64,000 nt of DNA from Paragordius varius (lineage: Eukaryota; Animalia; Nematomorpha): the NCBI GenBank assembly GCA_964247055.1, contig OZ176051.1, positions 124,001-188,000 on the forward strand, read 5' to 3'. The notes below the pieces were generated by a model. That model was given only the letters and a program-made list of their open reading frames with translations. It ran no database searches and had not been told where the DNA came from. Shown here piece after piece: positions 27,401-41,629 of the stretch; positions within the stretch are counted from its first letter, which is position 1, and every line of letters starts with the position of its first letter. The position numbers were made by a program, and so were the translations under genes.

Positions 27401-30400
27401 GTAATTTTTTTGAATTTTTTAAATATTTAAAAAATTTATTTTATACGATTTTAAAAATAAAAATGGCTACCTAAAATCCAAATTTGATCAGGTGATGTCT
27501 TTGGGTAGCCATATGGTAGTTCCATCATCACCCTAAATATTTTGGGGATCGGACTATAAATGTAATTTTTATGAATTTTTTAAATATTTAAAAAATTTAT
27601 TTTATACGATTTTACAAATAAAAATGGCTACCTAAAATCCAAATTTGATCAGGTGATGTCTCCATAATTTTTTTTGGGTAGCCCTATGGTAGTTCCATCA
27701 TCACCCCAAATATTTTGGGGATCGGACTATAAATGTAATTTTTATGAATTTTTTAAATATTTAAAAAATTTATTTTATACGATTTTAAAAATAAAAATGG
27801 CTACCTAAAATCCAAATTTGATCAGGTGATGTCACTATAATTTTTTTGGGTAGCCCTATGGTAGTTCCATCATCACCTCAAATATTTTGAGGATCGGACT
27901 ATAAATGTAATTTTTATGAATTTTTTAAATATTTAAAAAATTTATTTTATACGATTTTAAAAATAAAAATGGCTACCTAAAATGCAAATTTGATCAGGTG
28001 ATGTCACTATAATTTTTTTGGGTAGCCCTATGGTAGTTCCATCATCACCCCAAATATTTTAGAGATCGGAGTATAAATGTAATTTTTATGAATTTTTTAA
28101 ATATTTAAAAAATTTATTTTATACGATATTAAAAATAAAAATGGCTACCTAAAATCCAAATTTGATCAGGAGATGTCACCATAATTTTTTTTGGGTAGCC
28201 CTATGGTAATTCCATCATCACCCCAAATATTGTCGAGATCGGAGTACAAATGTAATTTTTTTGAATTTTTTAAATATTTAAAAAATTTATTTTATACGAT
28301 TTTAAAAATAAAAATGGCTACCTAAAATCCAAATTTGATCAGGTGATGTCTCCTAAATTTTTTTTGGGTAGCCCTATGGTACTTCCATCATCACCCCAAA
28401 TATTTTGGGGATTGGACTATAAATGTAATTTTTATGAATTTTTTAAATATTTAAAAAATTTATTTTATACGATTTTAAAAATAAAAATGGCTACCTAAAA
28501 TCCAAATTTGATCAGGTGATGTCACTATAATTTTTTGGGTAGCCCTATGGTAGTTCCATCATCACCTCAAATATTTTGGGGATCGGACTATAAATGTAAT
28601 TTTTATGAATTTTTTAAATATTTAAAAAATTTATTTTATACGATTTTAAAAATAAAAATGGCTACCTAAAATCCAAATTTCAGGTGATGTCACTATAATT
28701 TTTTTGGGTAGCCCTATGGTAGTTCCATCATCACATCAAATATTTTCGAGATCGGAGTATAAATGTAATTTTTATGAATTTTTTAAATATTTAAAAAATT
28801 TATTTTATACGATTTTAAAAATAAAAATGGCTACCTAAAATCCAAATTTGATCAGGTGATGTCACTATAATTTTTTTGGGTAGCCCTATGGTAGTTCCAT
28901 CATCACCCCAAATATTTTGGGGATCCTATAAATGTAATTTTTATGAATTTTTTAAATATTTAAAAAATTTATTTTATACGATTTTAAAAATAAAAATAGC
29001 TACCTAAAATCCAAATTTGATCAAGTGATGTCGCCATAATTTTTTTTGGGTAGCCCTATGGTAGTTCAATCATCACCCCAAATATTTTCGAGATCGGAGT
29101 ATAAATGTAATTTTTATGAATTTTTTAAATATTTAAAAAATTTATTTTATACGATATTAAAAATAAAAATGGCTACCTAAAATCCAAATTTGATCAGATG
29201 CACTATAATTTTTTTTGGGTAGCCCTATGGTAGTTCCATCATCACCCCAAATATTTTCGAGATCGGAGTATAAATGTAATTTTTATGAATTTTTTAAATA
29301 TTTAAAAAATTTATTTTATACGATTTTAAAAATAAAAATGGCTACCTAAAATCCAAATTTGATCAGGTGATGTCACTATAATTTTTTTGGGTAGCCCTAT
29401 GGTAGTTCCATCATCACCCCAAATATTTTGGGGATCGGACTATAAATGTAATTTTTATGAATTTTTTAAATATTTAAAAAATTTATTTTATACGATTTTA
29501 AAAATAAAAATGGCTACCTAAAATCCAAATTTGATCAGGTGAACGCCATAATTTTTTTTGGGTAGCCTATGGTAGTTCCATCATCACCCCGAATACTTTG
29601 GGGATCGGACTATAAATGTTATTTTTATGAATTTTTTAAATATTTAAAAAATTTATTTTATACGATATTAAAAATAAAAATGGCTACCTAAAATCCAAAT
29701 TTGATCAGGTGATGTCACCATAATTTTTTTTGGGTAGCCCTATGGTAGTTCCATCATCACCCCAAATATTTTCGAGATCGGAGTATAAATGTAATTTTTA
29801 TGAATTTTTTAAATATTTAAAAAATTTATTTTATACGATTTTAAAAATAAAAATGGCTACCTAAAATCCAAATTTGATCAGGTGATGTCGCCATAAATTT
29901 TTTTGGGTAGCCCTATAGTAGTTCCATCATCACCCCAAATATTTTAGGGATCGGAGTATAAATGTAATTTTTATGAATTTTTTAAATATTTAAAAAATTT
30001 ATTTTATACGATTTTAAAAATAAAAATGGCTACCTAAAATCCAAATTTGATCAGGTGATGTCGCCATAATTTTTTTTGGGTAGCCCTATGGTAGTTCCAT
30101 CATCACCCCAAATATTTTGGGGATCGGACTATAAATGTAATTTTTATGAATTTTTTAAATATATAAAAAATTTATTTTATACGATTTTAAAAATAAAAAT
30201 GGCTACCTAAAATCCAAATTTGATCAGGTGATGTCACTATAATTTTTTTTGGGTAGCCCTATGGTAATTCCATCATCACCCCAAATATTGTCGAGATCGG
30301 AGTATAAATGTAATTTTTTTGAATTTTTTAAATATTTAAAAAATTTATTTTATACGATATTAAAAATAAAAATGGCTACCTAAAATCCAAATTTGATCAG

Positions 30401-33249
30401 GAGATGTCACCATAATTTTTTTTAGGTAGCCCTATGGTAATTCCATCATCACCCCAAATATTGTCGAGATCGGAATATAAATGTAATTTTTATGAATTTT
30501 TTAAATATATAAAAAATTTATTTTATACGATTTTAAAAATAAAAATGGCTACCTAAAATCCAAATTTGATCAGGTGATGTCACTATAATTTTTTTTGGGT
30601 AGCCCTATGGTAATTCCATCATCACCCCAAATATTGTCGAGATCGGAGTATAAATGTAATTTTTTTGAATTTTTTAAATATTTAAAAAATTTATTTTATA
30701 CGATTTTAAAAAGAAAATGGCTACCTAAAATCCAAATTTGATCAGGTGATGTCTCCATAATTTTTTTTGGGTAGCCCTATGGTCGTTCCATCATCACCCC
30801 AAATATTTTGGGGATTGGACTATAAATGTAATTTTTATGAATTTTTTAAATATTTAAAAAATTTATTTTATACGATTTTAAAAATAAAAATGGCTACCTA
30901 AAATCCAAATTTGATCAGGTGATGTCACTATAATTTTTTTGGGTAGCCCCATGGTAGTTCCATCATCACCCCAAATATTTTCGAGATCGGAGTATAAATG
31001 TAATTTTTATGAATTTTTTAAATATTTAAAAAATTTATTTTATACGATATTAAAAATAAAAATGGCTACCTAAAATCCAAATTTGATCAGGTGATGTCAC
31101 CATAATTTTTTTTGGGTAGCCCTATGGTAGTTCCATCATCACCCCAAATATTTTCGAGATCGGAGTATAAATGTAATTTTTATGAATTTTTTAAATATTT
31201 AAAAAATTTATTTTATACGATTTTAAAAATAAAAATGGCTACCTAAAATCCAAATTTGATCAGGTGATGTCGCCATAAATTTTTTTGGGTAGCCCTATAG
31301 TAGTTCCATCATCACCCCAAATATTTTAGGGATCGGAGTATTATTGTAATTTTTATGAATTTTTTAAATATTTAAAAAATTTATTTTATACGATTTTAAA
31401 AATAAAAATGGCTACCTAAAATCCAAATTTGATCAGGTGATGTCGCCATAATTTTTTTTGGGTAGCCCTATGGTAGTTCCATCATCACCCCAAATATTTT
31501 CGAGATCGGAGTATAAATGTAATTTTTATGAATTTTTTAAATATTTAAAAAATTTATTTTATACGATATTAAAAATAAAAATGGCTACCTAAAATCCAAA
31601 TTTGATCAGATGCACTATAATTTTTTTTGGGTAGCCCTATGGTAGTTCCATCATCACTCCAAATATTTTCGAGATCGGAGTATAAATGTAATTTTTATGA
31701 ATTTTTTAAATATTTAAAAAATTTATTTTATACGATTTTAAAAATAAAAATGGCTACCTAAAATCCAAATTTGATCAGGTGATGTCACTATAATTTTTTT
31801 GGGTAGCCCTATGGTAGTTCCATCATCACCCCATATATTTTGGGGATCGGACTATAAATGTAATTTTTATGAATTTTTTAAATATTTAAAAAATTTATTT
31901 TATACGATTTTAAAAATAAAAATGGCTACCTAAAATCCAAATTTGATCAGGTGATGTCGCCATAATTTTTTTTGGGTAGCCCTATGGTAGTTCCATCATC
32001 ACCCCGAATACTTTGGGGATCGGACTATAAATGTTATTTTTATGAATTTTTTAAATATTTAAAAAATTTATTTTATACGATATTAAAAATAAAAATGGCT
32101 ACCTAAAATCCAAATTTGATCAGGTGATGTCACCATAATTTTTTTTGGTTAGCCCTATGGTAGTTCCATCATCACCCCAAATATTTTCGAGATCGGAGTA
32201 TAAATGTAATTTTTATGAATTTTTTAAATTAAAAAATTTATTTTATACGATTTTAAAAATAAAAATGGCTACCTAAAATCCAAATTTGATCAGGTGATGT
32301 CGCCATAAATTTTTTTGGGTAGCCCTATAGTAGTTCCATCATCACCCCAAATATTTTAGGGATCGGAGTATAAATGTAATTTTTATGAATTTTTTAAATA
32401 TTTAAAAAATTTATTTTATACGATTTTAAAAATAAAAATGGCAACCTAAAATCCAAATTTGATCAGGTGATGTCGCCATAATTTTTTTTGGGTAGCCCTA
32501 TGGTAGTTCCATCATCAACCCAAATATTTTGGGGATCGGACTATAAATGTAATTTTTATGAATTTTTTAAATATTTAAAAAATTTATTTTATACGATTTT
32601 AAAAATAAAAATGGCTACCTAAATCCAAATTTGATCAGGTGATGTCACTATAATTTTTTTGGGTAGCCCTATGGTAGTTCCATCATCACCCCAAATATTT
32701 TCGAGATCGGAGTATAAATGTAATTTTTATGAATTTTTTAAATATTTAAAAAATTTAATTTATACGATATTAAAAATAAAAATGGCTACCTAAAATCCAA
32801 ATTTGATCAGGAGATGTCACCATAATTTTTTTTGGGTAGCCCTATGGTAATTCCATCATCACCCCAAATATTGTCGAGATCGGAATATAAATGTAATTTT
32901 TATGAATTTTTTAAATATTTAAAAAATTTATTTTATACGATTTTAAAAATAAAAATGGCTACCTAAAATCCAAATTTGATCAGGTGATGTCACCATAATT
33001 TTTTTTGGGTAGCCCTATGGTAATTCCATCATCACCCCAAATATTGTCGAGATCGGAGTATAAATGTAATTTTTTTGAATTTTTTAAATATTTAAAAAAT
33101 TTATTTTATACGATTTTAAAAATAAAAATGGCTACCTAAAATCCAAATTTGATCAGGTGATGTCTCCATAATTTTTTTTGGGTAGCCCTATGGTAGTTCC
33201 ATCATCACCCCAAATATTTTGGGGATTGGACTATAAATGTAATTTTTAT

Positions 33250-36200
33250 GAATTTTTTAAATATTTAAAAAATTTATTTTATACGATTTTAAAAATAAAA
33301 ATGGCTACCTAAAATCCAAATTTGATCAGGTGATGTCACTATAATTTTTTTGGGTAGCCCTATGGTAGTTCCATCATCACCTCAAATATTTTGGGGATCG
33401 GACTATAAATGTAATTTTTATGAATTTTTTAAATATTTAAAAAATTTATTTTATACGATTTTAAAAATAAAAATGGCTACCTAAAATCCAAATTTGATCA
33501 GGTGATGTCACCATAATTTTTTTTGGGTAGCCCTATGGTAGTTCCATCATCACATCAAATATTTTCGAGATCGGAGTATAAATGTAATTTTTATGAATTT
33601 TTTAAATATTTAAAAAATTTATTTTATACGATTTTAAAAATAAAAATGGCTACCTAAAATCCAAATTTGATCAGGTGATGTCACTATAATTTTTTTGGGT
33701 AGCCCTATGGTAGTTCCATCATCACCCCAAATATTTTGGGGATCCTATAAATGTAATTTTTATGAATTTTTTAAATATTTAAAAAATTTATTTTATACGA
33801 TTTTAAAAATAAAAATAGCTACCTAAAATCCAAATTTGATCAGGTGATGTCGCCATAATTTTTTTTGGGTAGCCCTATGGTAGTTCCATCATCACCCCAA
33901 ATATTTTGGGGATCGGAGTATAAATGTAATTTTTATGAATTTTTTAAATATTTAAAAAATTTATTTTATACGATATTAAAAATAAAAATGGCTACCTAAA
34001 ATCCAAATTTGATCAGATGATGTCACTATAATTTTTTTGGGTAGCCCTATGGTAGTTCCATCATCACCCCAAATATTTTCGAGATAGGAGTATAAATGTA
34101 ATTTTTATGAATTTTTTAAATATTTAAAAAATTTATTTTATACGATTTTAAAAATAAAAATGGCTACCTAAAATCCAAATTTGATCATGTGATGTCACTA
34201 TAATTTTTTTGGGTAGCCCTATGGTAGTTCCATAATCACCCCAAATATTTTGGGGATCGGACTATAAATGTAATTTTTATGAATTTTTTAAATATTTAAA
34301 AAATTTATTTTATACGATTTTAAAAATAAAAATAGCTACCTAAAATCCAAATTTGATCAGGTGATGTCGCCATAATTTTTTTTGGGTAGCCCTATGGTAG
34401 TTCCATCATCACCCCGAATACTTTGGGGATCGGACTATAAATGTTATTTTTATGAATTTTTTAAATATTTAAAAAATTTATTTTATACGATTTTAAAAAT
34501 AAAAATGGCTACCTAAAATCCAAATTTGATCAGGTGATGTCGCCATAATTTTTTTTGCGTAGCCCTATGGTAGTTCTATCATCACCCCAAATATTTTGGG
34601 GATCGGACTATAAATCTAATTTTTATGAATTTTTTAAATATTTAAAAAATTTATTTTATACGATTTTAAAAATAAAAATGGCTACCTAAAATCCAAATTT
34701 GATCAGGTGATGTCGCCATAATTTTTTTTGGGTAGCCCTATGGTAGTTCCATCATCACCCCAAATATTTTGGGGATCGTACTATAAATGTAATTTTTATG
34801 AATTTTTTAAATATTTAAAAAATTTATTTTATACGATTTTAAAAATAAAAATGGCTACCTAAAATCCAAATTTTATCAGGTGATGTCTTCATAATTTTTT
34901 TTGGGTAGCCCTATGGTAGTTCCATCATCACCCCAAATATTTTGGGGATCGGACTATAAATGTAATTTTTATGAATTTTTTAAATATTTAAAAAATTTAT
35001 TTTATACGATTTTAAAAATAAAAATGGCTACCTAAAATCCAAATTTGATCAGGTGATGTCACTATAATTTTTTTGGGTAGCTCTATGGTAGTTCCATCAT
35101 CACCTCAAATATTTTGGGGATCGGACTATAAATGTAATTTTTATGAATTTTTTAAATATTTAAAAAATTTATTTTATACGATTTTAAAAATAAAAATAAC
35201 TACCTAAAATCCAAATTTGATCAGGTGATGTCACCATAATTTTTTTTGGGTAGCCCTATGGTAGTTCCATCATCACATCAAATATTTTCGAGATCGGATT
35301 ATAAATGTAATTTTTATGAATTTTTTAAATATTTAAAAAATTTATTTTATACGATTTTAAAAATAAAAATGGCTACCTAAAATCCAAATTTGATCAGGTG
35401 ATGTCACTATAATTTTTTTGGGTAGCCCTATGGTAGTTCCATCATCACCCCAAATATTTTGGGGATCCTATAAATGTAATTTTTATGAATTTTTTAAATA
35501 TTTAAAAAATTTATTTTATACGATTTTAAAAATAAAAATAGCTACCTAAAATCCAAATTTGATCAGGTGATGTCGCCATAATTTTTTTTGGGTAGCCCTA
35601 TGGTAGTTCCATCATCACCCCAAATATTTTGGGGATCGGAGTATAAATGTAATTTTTATGAATTTTTTAAATATTTAAAAAATTTATTTTATACGATATT
35701 AAAAATAAAAATGGCTACCTAAAATCCAAATTTGATCAGATGATGTCACTATAATTTTTTTGGGTAGCCCTATGGTAGTTCCATCATCACCCCAAATATT
35801 TTCGAGATCGGAGTATAAATGTAATTTTTATGAATTTTTTAAATATTTAAAAAATTTATTTTATACGATTTTAAAAATAAAAATGGCTACCTAAAATCCA
35901 AATTTGATCATGTGATGTCACTATAATTTTTTTGGGTAGCCCTATGGTAGTTCCATAATCACCCCAAATATTTTGGGGATCGGACTATAAATGTAATTTT
36001 TATGAATTTTTTAAATATTTAAAAAATTTATTTTATACGATTTTAAAAATAAAAATAGCTACCTAAAATCCAAATTTGATCAGGTGATGTCGCCATAATT
36101 TTTTTTGGGTAGCCCTATGGTAGTTCCATCATCACCCCGAATACTTTGGGGATCGGACTATAAATGTTATTTTTATGAATTTTTTAAATATTTAAAAAAT

Positions 36201-36695
36201 TTATTTTATACTATTTTAAAAATAAAAATGGCTACCTAAAATCCAAATTTGATCAGGTGATGTCGCCATAATTTTTTTTGCGTAGCCCTATGGTAGTTCT
36301 ATCATCACCCCAAATATTTTGGGGATCGGACTATAAATCTAATTTTTATGAATTTTTTAAATATTTAAAAAATTTATTTTATACGATTTTAAAAATAAAA
36401 ATGGCTACCTAAAATCCAAATTTGATCAGGTGATGTCGCCATAATTTTTTTTGGGTAGCCCTATGGTAGTTCCATCATCACCCCAAATATTTTGGGGATC
36501 GTACTATAAATGTAATTTTTATGAATTTTTTAAATATTTAAAGAATTTATTTTATACGATTTTAAAAATAAAAATGGCTACCTAAAATCCAAATTTTATC
36601 AGGTGATGTCTTCATAATTTTTTTTGGGTAGCCCTATGGTAGTTCCATCATCACCCCAAATATTTTGGGGATCGGACTATAAATGTAATTTTTAT
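33250..36695. repeat. Tandem 10-mer duplication, period 1723 bp (33250-34972 / 34973-36695)
   Basis: Markers all 1723 bp apart: ggatcc 33740/35463, gatcagatgatg 34011/35734, gaatacttt 34416/36139, gatcgtact 34774/36497. Confidence 0.9.
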
Positions 36696-38544
36696 GAATT
36701 TTTTAAATATTTAAAAAATTTATTTTATACGATTTTAAAAATAAAAATGGCTACCTAAAATCCAAATTTGATCAGGTGATGTCACTATAATTTTTTTGGG
36801 TAGCCCTATGGTAGTTCCATCATCACCTCAAATATTTTGGGGATCGGACTATAAATGTAATTTTTAAGAATTTTTTAAATATTTAAAAAATTTATTTTAT
36901 ACGATTTTAAAAATAAAAATGGCTACCTAAAATCCAAATTTGATCAGGTGATGTCACCATATTTTTTTTTGGGTAGCCCTATGGTAGTTCCATCATCACC
37001 CCAAATATTTTCGAGATCAATGTATAAATGTAATTTTTATGAATTTTTTAAATATTTAAAAAATTTATTTTATACGATTTTAAAAATAAAAATGGCTACC
37101 TAAAATCCAAATTTGATCAGGTGATGTCGCCATAATTTTTTTTGGGTAGCCCTATAGTAGTTCCATCATCACCCCAAATATTTTTGAGATCGGAGTATAA
37201 ATGTAATTTTTATGAATTTTTTAAATATTTAAAAAATTTATTTTATACGATTTTAAAAATAAAAATGGCTACCTAAAATCCAAATTTGATCAGGTGATGT
37301 CACCATAATTTTTTTTGGGTAGACCTATGGTAGTTCCATCATCACCCCAAATATTGTCGAGATCGGAGTATAAATGTAATTTTTATGAATATTTTAAATA
37401 TTTAAAAAATTTATTTTATACGATTTTAAAAATAAAAATGGATACCTAAAATTCAAATTTGATCAGGTGATGTCACTATAATTTTTTTGGGTAGCCCTAT
37501 GGTAGTTCCATCATCACCCCAAATATTTTCGAGATCGGAGTATAAATGTAATTTTTATGAATTTTTTAAATATAAAAATGGCTACCTAAAATCGAAATTT
37601 TATCAGGTGATGTCACCATAATTTTTTTTGGGTAGCCCTATGGTGATTCCATCATCACCCCAAATATTGTCGAGATCGGAGTATAAATGTAATTTTTTTG
37701 AATTTTTTAAATATTTAAAAAATTTATTTTATACGATTTTAAAAATAAAAATGGCTACCTAAAATCCGAATTTAATCAGGTGATGTCACCATAATTTTTT
37801 TTGGGTAGCCCTATGGTAGTTCCATCATCACCCCATGTTTTCGAGATCGGAGTATAAATGTAATTTTTATGAATTTTTTAAATATTTAAAAAATTTATTT
37901 TATACGATTTTAAAAATAAATGGCTACCTAAAATCCAAATTTGATCAGGTGATGTCACCATAATTTTTTTTGGGTAGCCCTATGGTAGTTCCATCATCAC
38001 CCCAAATATTTTCGAGATCGGAGTATAAATGTAATTTTTATGAATTTTTTAAATATTTAAAAAATTTATTTTATACGATTTTAAAAAAAAAATGGCTACC
38101 TATCCAAATTTGATCAGGTGATGTCACCATAATTTTTTTTGGGTAGCCCTATGGTAATTCCATCATGACCCCAAATATTGTCGAGATCGGAGTATAAATG
38201 TAATTTTTTTGAATTTTTTAAATATTTAAAAAATTTATTTTATACGATTTTAAAAATAAAAATGGCTACCTAAAATCCAAATTTGATCAGGTGATGTCTT
38301 TGGGTAGCCATATGGTAGTTCCATCATCACCCCAAATATTTTGGGGATCGGACTATAAATGTAATTTTTATGAATTTTTTAAATATTTAAAAAATTTATT
38401 TTATACGATTTTAAAAATAAAAATGGCTACCTAAAATCCAAATTTGATCAGGTGATGTCTCCATAATTTTTTTTGGGTAGCCCTATGGTAGTTCCATCAT
38501 CACCCCAAATATTTTGGGGATCGGACTATAAATGTAATTTTTAT

Positions 38545-38888
38545 GAATTTTTTAAATATTTAAAAAATTTATTTTATACGATTTTAAAAATAAAAATGGC
38601 TACCTAAAATCCAAATTTGATCAGGTGATGTCACTATAATTTTTTTGGGTAGCCCTATGGTAGTTCCATCATCACCTCAAATATTTTGAGGATCGGACTA
38701 TAAATGTAATTTTTATGAATTTTTTAAATATTTAAAAAATTTATTTTATACGATTTTAAAAATAAAAATGGCTACCTAAAATCCAAATTTGATCAGGTGA
38801 TGTCACTATAATTTTTTTGGGTAGCCCTATGGTAGTTCCATCATCACCTCAAATATTTTGAGGATCGGACTATAAATGTAATTTTTAT
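38545..38888. repeat. Single-monomer tandem duplication (2 x 172 bp, cacctcaaatattttgagg variant)
   Basis: Two adjacent matching variant monomers start at 38545 and 38717; paralogous blocks at about 18.2, 25.3, 27.8, 40.3, 47.7 and 50.8 kb have only one. Confidence 0.85.
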
Positions 38889-40591
38889 GAATTTTTTAAA
38901 TATTTAAAAAATTTATTTTATACGATTTTAAAAATAAAAATGGCTACCTAAAATGCAAATTTGATCAGGTGATGTCACTATAATTTTTTTGGGTAGCCCT
39001 ATGGTAATTCCATCATCACCCCAAATATTGTCGAGATCGGAGTACAAATGTAATTTTTTTGAATTTTTTAAATATTTAAAAAATTTATTTTATACGATTT
39101 TAAAAATAAAAATGGCTACCTAAAATCCAAATTTGATCAGGTGATGTCTCCATAATTTTTTTTGGGTAGCCCTATGGTAGTTCCATCATCACCCCAAATA
39201 TTTTCGAGATCGGAGTATAAATGTAATTTTTATGAATTTTTTAAATATTTAAAAAATTTATTTTATACGATTTTAAAAATAAAAATGGCTACCTAAAATC
39301 CAAATTTGATCAGGTGATGTCGCCATAATTTTTTTTGGGTAGCCCTATAGTAGTTCCATCATCACCCCAAATATTTTTGAGATCGGAGTATAAATGTAAT
39401 TTTTATGAATTTTTTAAATATTTAAAAAATTTATTTTATACGATTTTAAAAATAAAAATGGCTACCTAAAATCCAAATTTGATCAGGTGATGTCACCATA
39501 ATTTTTTTTGGGTAGACCTATGGTAGTTCCATCATCACCCCAAATATTGTCGAGATCGGAGTATAAATGTAATTTTTTTGAATTTTTTAAATATTTAAAA
39601 AATTTATTTTATACGATTTTAAAAATAAAAATGGCTACCTAAAATCCAAATTTGATCAGGTGATGTCTTTGGGTAGCCATATGGTAGTTCCATCATCACC
39701 CCAAATATTTTCGAGATCGGAGTATAAATGTAATTTTTATGAATTTTTTAAATATTTAAAAAATTTATTTTATACGATATTAAAAATAAAAATGGCTACC
39801 TAAAATCGAAATTTTATCAGGTGATGTCACCATAATTTTTTTTGGGTAGCCCTATGGTGATTCCATCATCACCCCAAATATTGTCGAGATCGGAGTATAA
39901 ATGTAATTTTTTTGAATTTTTTAAATATTTAAAAAATTTATTTTATACGATTTTAAAAATAAAAATGGCTACCTAAAATCCAAATTTGATCAGGTGATGT
40001 CTTTGGGTAGCCATATGGTAGTTCCATCATCACCCCAAATATTTTGGGGATCGGACTATAAATGTAATTTTTATGAATTTTTTAAATATTTAAAAAATTT
40101 ATTTTATACGATTTTAAAAATAAAAATGGCTACCTAAAATCCAAATTTGATCAGGTGATGTCTCCATAATTTTTTTTGGGTAGCCCTATGGTAGTTCCAT
40201 CATCACCCCAAATATTTTGGGGATCGGACTATAAATGTAATTTTTATGAATTTTTTAAATATTTAAAAAATTTATTTTATACGATTTTAAAAATAAAAAT
40301 GGCTACCTAAAATCCAAATTTGATCAGGTGATGTCACTATAATTTTTTTGGGTAGCCCTATGGTAGTTCCATCATCACCTCAAATATTTTGAGGATCGGA
40401 CTATAAATGTAATTTTTATGAATTTTTTAAATATTTAAAAAATTTATTTTATACGATTTTAAAAATAAAAATGGCTACCTAAAATGCAAATTTGATCAGG
40501 TGATGTCACTATAATTTTTTTGGGTAGCCCTATGGTAATTCCATCATCACCCCAAATATTGTCGAGATCGGAGTACAAATGTAATTTTTTT

Positions 40592-41629
40592 GAATTTTTT
40601 AAATATTTAAAAAATTTATTTTATACGATTTTAAAAATAAAAATGGCTACCTAAAATCCAAATTTGATCAGGTGATGTCTCCATAATTTTTTTTGGGTAG
40701 CCCTATGGTAGTTCCATCATCACCCCAAATATTTTCGAGATCGGAGTATAAATGTAATTTTTATGAATTTTTTAAATATTTAAAAAATTTATTTTATACG
40801 ATTTTAAAAATAAAAATGGCTACCTAAAATCCAAATTTGATCAGGTGATGTCGCCATAATTTTTTTTGGGTAGCCCTATAGTAGTTCCATCATCACCCCA
40901 AATATTTTTGAGATCGGAGTATAAATGTAATTTTTATGAATTTTTTAAATATTTAAAAAATTTATTTTATACGATTTTAAAAATAAAAATGGCTACCTAA
41001 AATCCAAATTTGATCAGGTGATGTCACCATAATTTTTTTTGGGTAGACCTATGGTAGTTCCATCATCACCCCAAATATTGTCGAGATCGGAGTATAAATG
41101 TAATTTTTTTGAATTTTTTAAATATTTAAAAAATTTATTTTATACGATTTTAAAAATAAAAATGGCTACCTAAAATCCAAATTTGATCAGGTGATGTCTC
41201 CATAATTTTTTTTGGGTAGCCCTATGGTAGTTCCATCATCACCCCAAATATTTTCGAGATCGGAGTATAAATGTAATTTTTATGAATTTTTTAAATATTT
41301 AAAAAATTTATTTTATACGATTTTAAAAATAAAAATGGCTACCTAAAATCCAAATTTGATCAGGTGATGTCGCCATAATTTTTTTTGGGTAGCCCTATAG
41401 TAGTTCCATCATCACCCCAAATATTTTTGAGATCGGAGTATAAATGTAATTTTTATGAATTTTTTAAATATTTAAAAAATTTATTTTATACGATTTTAAA
41501 AATAAAAATGGCTACCTAAAATCCAAATTTGATCAGGTGATGTCACCATAATTTTTTTTGGGTAGACCTATGGTAGTTCCATCATCACCCCAAATATTTT
41601 CGAGATCGGAGTATAAATGTAATTTTTAT
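40592..41629. repeat. Tandem 3-mer duplication, period 519 bp (ctcc / gcc-tatagtag / gggtagacct monomers)
   Basis: gggtagacct at 41041 and 41560; units start at 40592 and 41111. Confidence 0.85.
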
